A stretch of DNA of 54,852 bases, taken from positions 1 through 54,852 of the forward strand of contig CALSCP010000760.1 of assembly GCA_943704425.1 (NCBI GenBank), in the 5' to 3' direction. Origin of the DNA: Ministeria vibrans ATCC 50519 (taxonomy: Eukaryota > Protista > Filasterea). Made by a program: the position numbers and the translations under genes. The notes beneath the pieces are model-generated. The model had not been told where the DNA came from, ran no database searches, and worked only from the letters and a program-made list of their open reading frames with translations. Every line of letters starts with the position of its first letter. The first letter of the stretch is position 1. This document shows positions 12,412 to 33,645 of the stretch, one piece after another.

Positions 12412-15400
12412 TTATTATTATTATTATTATTATTATTTTTATGAGTACACATTAAGAGGATCACTTTTGTTAAATACAATAAGACAATGTAGAAAAAGGA
12501 AAGAAACGCAACAACTTCTAATTTTTGTGTGCAACGTACCCACTTCCGAGTAATTGAGTGCAAAGATCTCTGACGCAATGGAATCGAGCACAGGATGGTC
12601 GGTGTATGTAGCCGCATGCTCAAACCACAAGGTAATCAGTTCAGTAGCGAGAGACGAAGCATTGCACTCTCCCGGTTCCAAATTCTAGTTAAAGCATGCA
12701 CACAAATTAAATATTCTCGCTCTTGCTCTCATTGGGATACCTTGATGCAGCAACACAGCTTGAACACATCAAGTCCCACAGCAAGACCTTGCTTCTCCGA
12801 ACTGCCACGTGATAAAAGCGCCTCGGCATGTTGGTTCAGTGCACGTACACATTCCACAAGCTTCTGCATGTGTTGCATCTCGGGCAAGGCCGGGCACCCT
12901 TGAGTTGCAATCAGCCGGTTCAGCCTCAATGCGGAAATAAGGCGCTGAGAAGCACGGTGCCACTCCGATTGACCTAATAAAAACAATAAAAAAACAATCA
13001 TAATGATGAATACCAAATTAAGTTACTATTATTTGATTGGGCTGGCGTACTCGCTTCGCTGTGGGCAATGGCCAGATGGAGAACAACCTTTTGGAGAAAT
13101 GGAAACATTTTGCGGGCACATTGGATGCGATCCTTGAGTTTGTCGTCGATAGCGTAGTACATGGGACCCGACAAACCCGACTTGTCCAGTTCGACACTCA
13201 GAATTTGCTTGCGGTTCTCCGTAATGTAGGTGTACTCTGTGGCGTAAATGCGTGGGTAGAGGTCGGAAAAGGCGATTGCCTTGACACCAAACTCGTTAAT
13301 TCCGCTCAGAAGTGAGAAGACCCAAAGAGACGAGGCGGCAAGAAGCGCCGACTCTTCGAGATCATTTTGCATGTGATGAGCCTTTTCAAGCTGATACCTC
13401 AGCACCTCGTACGCATGCAAGAGTCGTCGATGCATTTCCTCGGCACGCTGCTCTTCGGTCCACTGACTCATCTCCTTAGCCGTGGGTTGGGACACCGCCG
13501 TGTCCTGGTACGGAACAATGTCCATACGCATGGTCTTATTCGCATTTGCCAGTGACTCGTTCTCTTGCTCAATTTTGTTCACCAAGGATGTGGGCAGAAG
13601 AGAGCGCGCCATCTCAATGAGAGCCACCTGGTGACGACCCATGGCAGCGGACGGTTCCGCATCACTCGATGTGTCCATGCCATTGGGGTCGACCCCATCG
13701 CCGTGGCCTGAGACCAACGTTGACGATGTGGAAGCCATCACATCCGAGGCAGAACCCTCTCCAGCACCAGTTGTCGTGTTCATGTTGATGATGTTGTTGT
13801 TGTTGTTGTTGTTGCTGTTGTTGTTGCTGTTGTTGATGTCGTCGTTGTTGGCAGTAGCGGTGGTAGTGGTGGCGGACGCGCTGGTGGTGGTAGAGCCGTC
13901 GCCAATGTACTCGTAGAGGACGCAGTACGCGGACGAGTTGACAGCGTCGCCACCAAACGACTCGCGCATGACCGTCTCCAAATCGACCGGTTTGACCATC
14001 TTGTCGTTGAAGCGCCACCACGAGTCGTCGGCGAGACGCACAAATGACCAGTAGTGTCCAATGCCAGCGGTTCCCTGATGCACCAGGATCGAATGCAGTC
14101 GATAGCCGTGGCGCCTGAGGTCTTCACGTTGAAACAGTCGATCGTGCTGTTGCTGCAACTCGGCAATTTCTGTCTCCAGCAACACCATCTGCTCGCACAC
14201 ATCACGGTAGCACCTGTTTAGATACTGCTGCACACACGTCAGCGTTGCATCATCACTTGGATGTGGCGAGGGCACCGTCAGGTCTACTTCGGTGCTCTGC
14301 GAGAACGGCCAGCCACGCGTGAACCGCAACGTCCCTTCAAGCACCTGATCCAGACGAACCTTCACTCCACCCGTCACTGTAAACTGAACGAATCGTTGCA
14401 GTTTTCTCCGCAGAGTCTCCAGACGGTCGCTCAGAACAGCCGCCTCCTTCTGGAGCTCACGCGTCGACGCAATGTTTCTAGGAGAGAGTAAAAAAAAATG
14501 AATTAGTTAGGTGACGTCTCAAACCATGCTGCTGAGCACATACGTTTCGAGGTAACGATCCATATAAATTATTTCTGAGAACTGAAAGAAGCTGTTAAGC
14601 TTCTCCCCCTGCGTGCCATTAAACTTGACGCGCTGCAGTTGGAACGTGATGGTGCGAGGGAGCGATGAAAAGAGCATTTCGCTGTTTGCGATGGTACGAA
14701 ATCCACGCGGGGTCAGGTAGCCATCAATCTGACCAGAGGCAGTGAACCTTTTGAGAGAAAAGAGAAAGAGAAAGAGGGGAGAAAAAAAAAACAAAAATGA
14801 TAGTGAGAGAGAAAAAAACGATAATTATTAGTGTGAGGTGGCAGGAGAATAAATTATTATGATATTACTTGTCAAGTGATGCGTAAAGATTGTCGACATT
14901 TTCAATGTCGAGGATAATACTGGAGAAGGGTTCGTTGTTGATCACCTCCACGTGTGTTCCATCCTCTTCCCACGACGAAATCTTCACCTGAAACAGCATC
15001 GAAAAAGAGTCAAAAAAAAGCCAGACCCTTATTTTCTTCGATACCTTTCGATTGCCGTAGAAAAGTGACTTGAGTTCGCGCACTCCTTCACCATCGGGAA
15101 TTTCACCTACAAAAAATTAATAAAAAATAATGATTATTATTATATATTATTACGATTATTTTTTCTATTTTATTATTATTCCATTTTTGATATAGATTAT
15201 TGTCATTTTCATCTGATTACTATTGATTTTAATTATTTTTAATTTGTATGCTTTTTTTTTACCTTCTGTGTTTGACGAGACGACGCTTGTGCCGGAACGG
15301 TCGTTGAGCTTCAAGCCGGTTTCGGCCAAAGAGAGGAGTTGTTGACAAAACTCAGAGACGTCTAGTTTTTTTTTCCGTATTTAGTTCGTCTGGCGATGTG

Positions 15401-16943
15401 TTTTGTTTTGAGGTTGTCTTGTGTACCTTGCTGGAAACCAATTTCGAGAACAGGCTTTGTGTTTGAGCTGTCGACTTTGATGATGGACTCCAGGAGAACG
15501 TGAGGGTTGACGACAGAGTGTTTTGAAAGGGAGAGACGCGCAAAAAGCTCCTGAAGATTGCCCATGATGACATTGGTTTGTTGGAGGGAGAGAGAGGAGA
15601 CGGCAGCATTGGTAGAGGTGGAAGAGGTAATGGCGGTGGTGGAGGTGGGGGGAGGAGCCATGGCAAGGGAGACACCACGAGGCAATGAAGGCGGGATATT
15701 TTCATCGTTGATCACTGTCATGGTGGAGTCGCATGTGGCGGTGGGGGAGGTGGAGGGCAGAGCGGTAGCCGTGGCCAGGGCCGCGTTGTTGTTGTCGACC
15801 ATGGCAAAGTCGCCGTCGGCCGTGGATTTGTTGTTGCTGTTGTTGTCATTGTTGGCAGAGTTTCTTTGGAGGTTTTCAAGAAAGTCACTGTTGTTGGTGG
15901 TGTTGTACGCGAGAATGAGCGAACGGAATTGTGGCAGATTGAAAAAGATTTGCAAGATGGCATTGGCGTAGCAAGTGTTGCCCACATTGTCGAGACCCTA
16001 TTTTGGGGGGGGAGGGGGGTTCGCAATGAGTTAAAAAGAAGAAGACGTCTGTCTGTGTGGTACTGTACCGCCGGTTGTGCAGTTGGGTCACGACAAGAGT
16101 CCACTTCGGACACGCTTGATTTGCGCTTGAGACTCTTTGCAATGGCATCCTGAAGAGCAGCATCTTCATCGATTGTTGTTGTTGAGGCTGCAGGCGGTAC
16201 AGGCGCGCTTTGCAGACTCGCAGCGATGGCGCGCTCCATCTGCTGCTCCTCAAGACTCTTTTGCGCTGTTCCCGTTCCTGTTGTCGGCGCATTCTCAACA
16301 CCCGGCGCACCAGACCCGTCCGTTTGCGGCGATGACAATGGAGACACCTGAATGGGCCGCACAGATGTATCTGAAGAGATAGAAGAGTGTAAAATCAAAA
16401 ATCGGAAAAAAAAAAGAAAAAAAAAAGTTCGACACGGAACAAATGAAACTTCGCGAACCCTAAAAAAAAGAGAGAGAGAGAGAAACAAGAAGAAAAAGAA
16501 GGAAGGAGAGAGACGGAAGAGGTGTGAGTGGCTGCAAGGGTGTGTATGGTGGGCAAGGGGGCGCCAGGGGCGTACTGGAATGAGGTCGCTGAAGACATGG
16601 TCGTCGTCGACAAGGCTTGCAGCGGCCGCCTCTGCGTTTCCATCGGCAAGCTGCGCAGGGAGCCGGGGAGAGAGCAAGGCGACAGGGTCAGTGGACAGGG
16701 GGGGCAGTGGGGGGTGTTTCAGAGAGAGAGAGGGGCGCCCAGGCGGGGTGAGTAAGGCGTTGTGTGTCCGTTGTTGTGTGGGTCGAGGTTATTTTGTATG
16801 TTTCTGTGTTTCAGATTAAATCTTGCTTTTTTCTTAATTCTNNNNNNNNNNTTTTTTTTGGATTTATTCCGATTTCTTACCATGAGCGCTTGAGCGAGAT
16901 GGGTTTCTGACAAGCCAGGGAACAAGGCGCGTAGTGATTCCAT
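12210..16943 (-). CDS. USP25: Ubiquitin carboxyl-terminal hydrolase, USP25/USP28-like (UBA/CUE-like start, two UIMs, USP domain with coiled-coil insert)
   Basis: Cys box GLDNVGNTCYANAILQ. His box YRLHSILVHQGTAGIGHYW...WWRFND. UIMs EEQQMERAIAASL and DEDAALQDAIAKSL. Helical insert before the His box as in USP25/28. N gap in the first intron. Confidence 0.85.
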
Positions 16944-17058
16944 TTTGGAAGTGAGAGAGAAGGAAAAAAAATGAATTCATTCATCATTTAACATTTTATA
17001 ATTTTGACTCTTTGGACTTCATTCAGTGATCAGTCTCTTTCTCTTCTTCTGTTACACC

Positions 17059-18934
<1,876 letters not shown>

Positions 18935-19061
18935 TTAAAAAAATCCATATCTTGTCTTCTCTCTCTTCAGTGTCTGACACAATTAATAATAATAATAATA
19001 ATAATATAATTATTATTATTATTACTTTATTATTATTATTATTATTATAATTATTATTACA

Positions 19062-22000
19062 TTAGTACAATAGCGCAAAACGAGCAATTCCAAATGTTCC
19101 GCAGCACAAAAGTGTCTCGTTGTCTGCTGAGCCCACAAACTGCACTTGTTTGGCCTTTCCCACACAAATTTGGTCTTGAAACGATCCTAAAACACACGTT
19201 ATTTTTATTCTTATTATTATTATTATAATATTCGTACCGTTTTTGTAATCGATGAGTGTAATGAGTCGTTTTTGCGTCGCAATCGCAATGACATGTCCCG
19301 AATGTGAAATGTCCATTGAAATCGCATAGAGATTCAATCGAATCACTCGCACAATTTCTCTCTAAAAATAACCATTCAATTCAAAAAAAAACTTTGCAAG
19401 TCACAAAAACAAATCAGATGCACAGAAATCAAAATCAATCCACCCTCAGTCACGAAAACACACAAAAAGATGTAAGGAAAAGGGAAGAGAGTACTTTAAG
19501 TGAGTCGTAGAAGCACAAACGTGGAGTGCGCGTATGACCGGTAAAGACAACCACGCGAGGATCATGGGGCGAGAAGCGTGCAAGAGTCGCCACTGAATGC
19601 GTACCAAAGCATAGCAGTAGTCAAGTGTTAGGGTTAGGGTTTCTTCGACGACTATTGTGTTTACCTTTTGGGGTTGTGACACCCGCAAATGAAATCCAGT
19701 CTTTGAGAACACTTTTCTTGTCGCTGTCACTCCAGAGAGAGACGCGCCGGTCCATCGAAGCCATAAGCCAGGTAAAGTCGTTGTTGCGGTGCAATGCAAC
19801 GTCAATGAGTGTGATGGGCGCACCACGGTGGTCGGTGATGGTGCGCACAAGCGCCCCTGTGCTCGAGTGAATCAGGTGCGCGGTGCCATCGGCACAACCT
19901 ATAATCACAATGTTCCTACCAAAACTTGCATTCGTTAGTATTATTGTCGCTTTCCGCTTTGCGATGTGTCTTCACCTTTGAGGAAGAGAGTGAAGTGCCG
20001 TGACGGGACTTTTCGAAGGGCGCACAGTGACAACGAGAGAAGCAGAGCCAAGGCGGAAGAGACGGATTGTACCGTTGAAATAGCCCACACAGAGCAGTGT
20101 GTCGTCGACAAAGCAACATACAGTACACCGTGAGTTGTCGCTTGGTCGCAACAAGTCTGTCGTAGAGTCGGGTGCTCCCATGAAACGTACACTCACTGTA
20201 CTCGTGCTGGCACAACACGATGCAAGTGTATCGCCAGCGGCAGTGGTGGCCATGCAGCAGATGTTGTCAGAGCCCCGGTAAAGCACTTTGACGCGAGGCT
20301 CGTCGTTGCTCTGCAAATGGCACGTGAGCACCGCACCTGTGTTGGTCACAAGGACACCAAGACGAGCAGCCTCGTCAAAGGATGCGCCACACACGGACTC
20401 GCATGAATGTGACACCAATGTCACCTCACGCGTAAGCTGCATGCGTCGATCCTCGCCATTCTCTCGCTGCCACACCGACAATACATTTGTGCTAGCGCCA
20501 CCCACGACAAGGCGATTGCCCGTCAGATCGGTAAAGAGAAAATCAATCTCGGAGTTCATCAGCGACCACGTCACAAGACACTCACGGCGAATGGGATCCC
20601 AGCTTGACACTTGCCCACATTGCGTGCCCAAATAAACCATGGATGAGAGCGACGACGGCAACGACGACGTGACAACGGTGGCCGCTGTAAACACTGCGGG
20701 AGGAGAGGCGAGCGAGTCGGGCAGAGAAGAGGCGCGCATTTTGACCAAACCCGACAGGCGAAAGCGCAGCCACAGCACAAGTCCATCTGATCCGGCCACC
20801 ACGAGAAACGGTCGACAGAGAGTCGCCTCAGAATCGTCTGCATCCTCGTCGCTCTCTCGATCATCTGACCGCGTGCCATTGGGGATCCACGCGGCACAGT
20901 GCGCGGCGGTGCGCAGGTCCAGAGACGCAATAGGACTCATAGAGCTGAGTGTGCGAGCGCAGTCGCCATCGCCGTTCCCAACCCGCACGTCCCACAAACA
21001 CAGTTGTGGACAAACATGGTTGGTGATGGAAAGCAACATCTGATCGTGACGAGTAACATGCTGCTCCGGAGCAAAATCAAGTACGGTGACGGCACATGCA
21101 AGTGCCGTGTCGTCGTGTACAACGCGTCCAAGAACACGCGCCGATTCGGCACACCACAGAGTCACCTCAAACTCACTTGGTGATTTGCGTCCACTTGTCG
21201 CTGCAAGCGACGCATTGGCACTCAGGGCCACGCGTGTCACTTCACCCACGTGTGCCACACGTACACGCTGTCGACCACTCTCAAGGTCTTCCAACACCAG
21301 TGCAGGACCACTTGTACGTGCGAGTACTCCTTTGGTCGCATTCCAAGCAACCGTTGAAAAGGGTCCATGTGGACGCGCTGTCGATCCACTCAAACTCATC
21401 AGAGTCAGCGCACAGTTCTCTTCGGGTGCTTCAAAACGTTGCCGTGCCACGGGTGCCAGTCTGCAAGGCTCGTCTGCATAATGGCACATCGGTAGACGTA
21501 TCAGTTTGTCGTCTACTGTCATTTCGCGCACACATTCCACTTCGTCGTCGTCGTCGTCGTCGTCGTCGTCAACCAACTTACTCTCCTCTGTGTCCCCCTT
21601 GACCTTGAGCGCATCAAAGAACCGTACGGAGCGGCGTGTTGCATAAGCAGCGCTGCCTCCAATAGCTTCCTTCGCTTCTTCTTCTTCTTTCTCCTCCTTC
21701 TCTTCCTTCTCCTCTTTCTCAATTTTTTCTTCCTTCTCGTTCTCCTCTCCCATCACATCCGCGGTCTTCGCCTCGTTTTCAACCCCCATCAGTACTGCAT
21801 CAAATCGGTCCGCAACACTTGGCAATGCACTGAGGTTCCACACAGCCAGAAGCTCACCGGCGCTTGTAAACATGTGACGCGTGCCCACTTGCAGTCGATA
21901 AGCAGCCGTGTGAGCGGCAAGTCGACCAACAGCAACTTGGCGGTAGACACAACGGGCGAGACGCACAGCACTTGTCACAGTCCCATCGGCACAGGTGACA

Positions 22001-24948
22001 CAGAGGACACTAGCGTCAAGAGCGACAGACACAACTGACCGACCATCAAAGATACGCACTCGACGAAACCGAATGCCATGGGTAGGATCGCGCGTACACA
22101 CGAAATCATCATTCTCGCGCTCATCCAATATCGCCACAAACAGAGTTCCATCCCGAGTGAGTGCCGCGAGAGATTGGGGGTTCTTTGCATCAAAGACAAT
22201 CTGAGAAATAATGTCGTCCGGTTCGGTGCCGTTCAAAGAGCGTTGCACGGGACACAGGCAGCGCACACGGTTGCCATACGCAACGGCACTCGCCACAACT
22301 ACTCCATCGCCTGCAGCGGTGACATGCGCCATGCGCTGACCATCGTGGCTGAGTGCCATAGGACGCGCGTCGGCTAGATCACCAGTGGCAAGACACACGC
22401 CCGTGAACACAATGCTCTGTGTCGACACACCATAACACGCAAAGACACCACCCGCGTCCGCAATCAGCAGACGTGTGCCAGAGGCCGCATAGCCAACAAA
22501 GCGGATCGCCTCGGTGTCCGACGTGCCGCCGCGATGATGAAGCTGAAGAGACTGAGTGAGGGAAGGATACTCTAGCAGAAGTGTCGCAGAGTTGAGGCAG
22601 AGCACGCGCACCTGGCCCGAATCGTAGCCGGCCACAAGACAATCGTCGTAAGGGTGAAACCCCAAGCGTACAGGAGCATCCATAGTGGACGTAAACTCGC
22701 AAGTTTGCGTGAGCGGCGCGTCATCCACGCAATTGGCCCATATCCGTACGATGCGTTCGCGTTGCGCGCACGTCGCGACGACCGTGTCACCTGCACACGC
22801 AATGTCGGTGATGCTCTCTGTATGCGAGCGCACCAACGTCTCACAATTGCTCGCGTCCGCGTCACTCTGTTGCAACAGCGAGACGGCGCCGGCGCGAGAG
22901 AGGACGGCAAGTGAGAAGCGTACACCGCTCACCAGATCCGCGGCAAGAGCGACACAACGCATCTCACTGCCAAAATCTGCGCTGACGAGTCGCTTTGAAA
23001 AATCACGTTCCCACAGCGTCACCATGCCCGAGGCGTCACCGACCGCACAGTAATGGTGAGCGACGCAGAGCGACTGGACAGAACACAGCGCAATGTGATG
23101 CACACTGACCACACGTCGCTGCAATGTGTCCACCACCAACACACTGCCACCTTTGTTGCTCGCGGAGTTGCTCACAGCAGTGCCACAACCACGAGCGGAA
23201 AGCACGTAGCACAACGGAGAGGTCACTTCTGAAGTTGGGGTCGGTGGAGGAAAGCACGCTTGGACAAATTGAGCAGCGCCAATCAGACTTGACTCGGGCA
23301 GACGCAAGGCTGTGCTGCGAAGTTCGTTGGTACGACGCACCAGACGCCATATGCGTACGGAATGGGGACCACAAGTGACAGCCGCACATGATTCTACATC
23401 GGTACACGGTGGAACGGCCACATCGGCAACGACACCCTCAACGGGAGTGCACGCAATGCGACTAAGCTCGCCATCGGGCAGACTCTGCCAGAGTGTGATG
23501 CATGAGCGCTGCCGTTCGTCCACCGACAGACAACATAAAACATCGCCTTTGACAGAGCACGCGAGCTGTTGCTGGCATCCGCTTGGGGCGGTAAGTGAGA
23601 CAGAGGGAATGAGGTGTGGAAGTTCACCGTCGTTGTTGACGACACGCCAGGTGCGCACATAAGACTCGCAGGTGGTGACAACACACGTTCCGTCAACGGA
23701 GACACAAAGGGCGGTGAGGGCAGTGGTGTGGGCATTCGGCAGCACACACTGGCGTTGTGCGGTGCCCGAGGTCTCTTGAAGCACCAGAGCATTCCCCGCA
23801 GCAAACACCAGAAAGGAGCCTCGGTGACCGACAAACGCGATAGACAATGGCGCGTGGGCGCTGAAGCCATAAATGCGAGTAGGCGATATGGAGCTGACCT
23901 TTGCGTCGGGTTCGCTCTTTCGCAGTTGCTGTTCTTGTGGCGGTGGTGATGGTGGTGATAATGCATCTTGGTGGTGTGCCTCTTTCAACGGCGCTGATGG
24001 ATGTGTGGCTTGAGTGGGAGAGGAGTCGGATGGATGGAACTGATGTGGTGCAACATGTGAACACAAAAGACGATGGTGAAAGGCGACGGTGCGAGGTGCC
24101 GAGTCGGCGGTGAGTGGTGTGTCGTCTTGCGACGGCGGTAATGGTGGTGGAGCGTGAGAAGGAAATGCGAGGTAAGTAAAGCGGTTGGTGGCCAACGCGT
24201 TGGCACGCGGATGCATGTCAGAGTGGGCATCGTATGAGTCGTCCGAGCTGAAGACGTTGTGTACGAGCATCTGGGCGCACAGTGTCAGTGTCTTCACAGA
24301 GACAAATTCCCGGTGGGCATACTCGCGCGAGACGCGTGCCAAATCAATGGCAAGGACGCTCCAGGGCAAGCGAGAAGTCTGGTCGGGGGGGAAGCGGACA
24401 GGGAACTCAACGCGACTGGCCGTTGCTGCGAAACGCAAAATCACATTGTGAGCAATCTCGTTCGGTTGAGTCTCGGATAACCTTTGCATTCGGGGAAGAC
24501 GCTTGAGAAGGAGAGGCGCAGGGGAAGGCCAGTGCTGGTGGCGACGTCGATGTGCACAGTGAAGTGTTTTGCGCGCGACGGTCGAAACTGAAGGTAGAGA
24601 TTGCGCCCGGCCAGCTTGGCCGACTGAGACTTGGCTGCGGGGATCTGAAGGACCGCATTGGTCGGAATGTCGCCGGAGAGCCGAATAACGCGACTGTGAA
24701 GATCAGGATCCTAGTGAAGCAGAGCGTGTCAGGGCGTGCGAGAATTTGAAAATTGTGTTGAGTTGTTGGCAACACATCAACTGTCTTTCGACAGCAAAGG
24801 CGCAGACGCACGAGTTCGCAAAGTCATCTCAGCACCGAGGTACGCGTACCATCAACTCGCTGACGTTGCCGCGACGTGAAGCATTGGGCCGTTCGGGAGC
24901 ACTGCTCAGAATGCTGAAGTGTCGAAAGACATTGATGGAGGAGGCCAT
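19062..24948 (-). CDS. WDR90: WD repeat protein 90 / POC16 (N-terminal CFA20/DUF667 domain plus WD40 propellers)
   Basis: N-terminus INVFRHF, LAGRNLYLQFRPSRAKHFTVHIDV...LRLSFSSVF and WSVLAIDL...LCAQMLVHNVFSSD match the recalled WDR90 DUF667 domain. Many WD-like repeats follow (LVRSHTESITD, ITDHRGAPIT, ASMDRRVSLW). Confidence 0.85.
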
Positions 24949-25321
24949 TTCGAGCGGACGGTAGCCTCGCCACAACGAGTAGCAAAGTGCGCAGATCGAT
25001 AGGGGTGGAGAAATATGGAGGATTGGTTGAATATTATTGATAAGAAAAAATAAAACTGTGTGTGTGTAAACTAATAGAGAATCAAGAAAGTCAAACAAGA
25101 CAATATAATATACACACAATATACAAAACAAAAAGCAGCGCAATACTTCCGCCGACTGTCGTAGACTTCAAGACGAGAAGGTTCCGAAAGAAGCCCATTA
25201 AGTAAAAAAGGTGTCAACAATTAAAATAATAATAATAACAATGAAATTACAATTAAAACTGTAGAGAACCCTGAGAGCCTGAGAGATCCTCTTCGATCTC
25301 TGGTTGGACGTAAACACTTCA

Positions 25322-30772
<5,451 letters not shown>

Positions 30773-31150
30773 GGTGCGCCGTTGGCCCTGCGGCATCAGG
30801 CCAATCTAGAGCACACACAAGTTCAATGAAGCCCACCAGACACTCACAACGGCCAACCTGTGACATGATGGACAACGGCGAGAGTCAAACTCTTGAAGTG
30901 ATAAGTAAACTGTGATGAATGATCAGTAGATTGGACGGACAGGACGGGACACAATATTCGATTGTTCTCATGGACATACGAACGCCCTATATTTGTAATT
31001 TGGGGCTGGTTGGTCTATGGATTATGAAGAAGGGTTGGGGCTCAGACTTGGCGGAAGCATAGTATTCCTATAACAAACGTTTCTCTACTTTTTCATTTGT
31101 GTACGTCGTAACAGTTTTTACTTATAATAATTATTATGTTATTTTAATAT

Positions 31151-31554
31151 TCATTCTTCGTGAAGACTTGCGGGCGGGTCGGGTAGCACGTCGGCATCGG
31201 CGGTGGTGATCCAATCCCCTTCAATGTTACACGAAAAGCCCACGCGTTCTTCGTTACCGGTGGTCGGCATGACCTGATGAACGAGCCAGGAGGGAAAGAG
31301 AACAAGTGTGCCAGCTTTGGGTGAAATCCGGAAAGAATGGATGAAGGGCGGCCAAGCTTGTTGTGCGCGCATGTTGTCGTGTGACGACGAGCCACGCGGG
31401 TCTTCAAACGAAATATCTCCCGAATTCGGAGGTATTTGAGAATAGTACGCAATGCTCACCTAAAAGTTTTTTTTTGAAAAAAGAGTTTACGACCCAGTGA
31501 GCACAACACTCACTCACACACAATATTATATATGCACACAGAAAGAGACAGAGT

Positions 31555-31604
<50 letters not shown>

Positions 31605-31962
31605 AAGTGAAAAAGAGAGCAGTGAAAGAGAGACATACCACCGAGTCATCGTGAATGTGTGCACCATGGACACTCGCATTATTCTGGTAGGTACCCCAGC
31701 AGTACAGCTCGGGCTCGGGGTGAAGTTCACGGCCGTACTCGCGCAGAAGCTTGCGTGCACCCTCGAGCACATAGTGACGCAGCATCTGGAACTCGGGCAT
31801 GCGCTGCAGCGCAATCCAGCTGGTGCCGCGCAGGCCGGCATAGCGACGCGACTGTCCGTGCGCACGCACTGAGGCCGATTGGCTACTTTGCCATCCGAAA
31901 AACCCGTCGTTGAGTTCCGACGTTGACATTTCCGGCTCTTGACTGGCAAACTCGTGAAACCT

Positions 31963-32006
<44 letters not shown>

Positions 32007-33260
32007 TCAGTCACTGACAATACAGATATGGATTTCTTACGCATTGGTGACGAGTCGACTGAGCCGTTCGTTGAAGTCAGGGGGGGTGATGGAGAGTAGA
32101 CTGACAGCGTGGACAATGGTCGGGAAGAGCACTTTTGTCTGGCCTTTGGGCAGCGGAGGAAACGATTGCGAAAGGGATGTGCTCGAGTCGCCGTCACTGC
32201 TACTACCAGACGATGGGTGGTGGCAGGTACCGTCGCGGCTGAGTTTGCCGGTGCACGTTGGGCGCTCCATGGTCTCGCCTGACGACGCCAGCTTGGCACA
32301 GTCGAGAATGGAGAGAACGCCTTCCGCCCTGCCACCTGGAAGCAGCTCCTTGCACGCTTTGGGTACTTCAATGTGACGACGACCGTCGAGTACACTCCAG
32401 TCGGCAACCGTTGGATCCACAAGAAGTTCGGCCCAGTCAATGACCGAAAAGCTATTTGCCATGGTGGCAAGACGATCGATGCGCTTCTCAATCGTCTCCA
32501 TGTCCTCTCCTTCCTCGGCGGCTCGTCGCACGGAACGCAGTGCCGGACCCATCATACCAAGCTCCTCTTCGCCGTCGGCGCGATCCAGCCAATACGCAGG
32601 CCGGGTCGGGTCGAGTTCAGTCATGGCGACATAGTGCCGATATACAAAGTACAAGAGCGCCTACACAGCAGAAAGGGTCGAGTTGAGCTCAGTCAGACGC
32701 AGTGCCAACACACAAAAGTACAACAGCGCCTACACAGCCACACGCGTCACGCCACGCGTCCCCACGACTCAACCTTGCAGTCTGGTGCAGCGCCCTCCTT
32801 TCCCCGCCAAACGCACACCCAAAAAGAACGGCGACAAATGGCAAACGAACGGAAAGGAAACACACACCACAAAAAAAAAAAAGAAGAAAACATCGCACTC
32901 GAACGTAAATAAGATTATGTGATTACCTGAGACTCACTGTCAGACGCATACGCGGCTTCGTCGCCCAGCGTCTCCACGTCCCTCTCACGCACGATTCGGT
33001 ACTCGTTCCAGTACGCATCGGCCTTTGCCTTGTACAACTTGGCTTTTTCTAGAGGGGAAAACACACAGTCAGAAAAATTCAAACGAATGATCAACATAGG
33101 AAACCTCACCGACATTCTCAGCGACAAGAAGGGCGGCGTGCGCTGCGGGATCAACATTGGTCATGGGCATGGACGGCATAGTGGCCGCCTTGTCCTGGGT
33201 GTACGCAGCGAGCGCAAACCCGATCGTGCCACATAAGAGGAGCAATGCAGCAAGCTTCAT
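31151..33260 (-). CDS. Signal-peptide-bearing putative 2OG-Fe(II) oxygenase (TIGR02466 / 2OG-FeII_Oxy_5-like)
   Basis: Signal peptide MKLAALLLLCGTIGFALA. Motifs LFPT, HGAHIH (HxH), YY...GDISFEDPR, PKAGTLVLFPSWLVHQV, ERVGFSCN. About 5-6 exons. Confidence 0.8.
31965..32002. repeat. (CA)n microsatellite in oxygenase intron
   Basis: Read directly from the sequence. Confidence 0.9.
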
Positions 33261-33456
33261 CTTCACAGCGATCAGTAGTTCAGTACACTGATGACTGAGC
33301 ACGCAAGCTCAGTGCAGCCAAGGAGTGGTTATGACAGAAAAAAAAATTAATCATCTTTTGAGTTTTGACTTTTTGATCAGCCGTTTTCGTATTCGTGTCT
33401 TTGTGCGTGTGCGGCATCTGCTCTGCATTCGTTTGCGTTGAATCTCCCCCGGCCGG

Positions 33457-33611
33457 ATGGAGAAGAGACGTCAATCGGCCGCTGTGCCTTGCCCGACCGA
33501 TCACCCTCCGCCCGAACGAAACACGCCCGGTCGCGCCACCTCACTGCTGCGCAAGCTCACTCGAACAACCCTCACGGTGAGTACTGCTTGTGTGCGTTCC
33601 TCCCTCCCTTT

Positions 33612-33645
<34 letters not shown>

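Noticed and set aside
20099-24506. Many overlapping antisense ORFs over WDR90 (also over MRCK, ABCC4 and TANGO6)
   Set aside because: Expected shadows of GC-rich coding sequence, with no motifs.
31140-31162. HEE-TGA end as an ER-retention signal or a selenocysteine read-through
   Set aside because: It lacks the terminal Leu of HDEL/HEEL, I see no SECIS, and TGA is a clear stop elsewhere (after CTIL).
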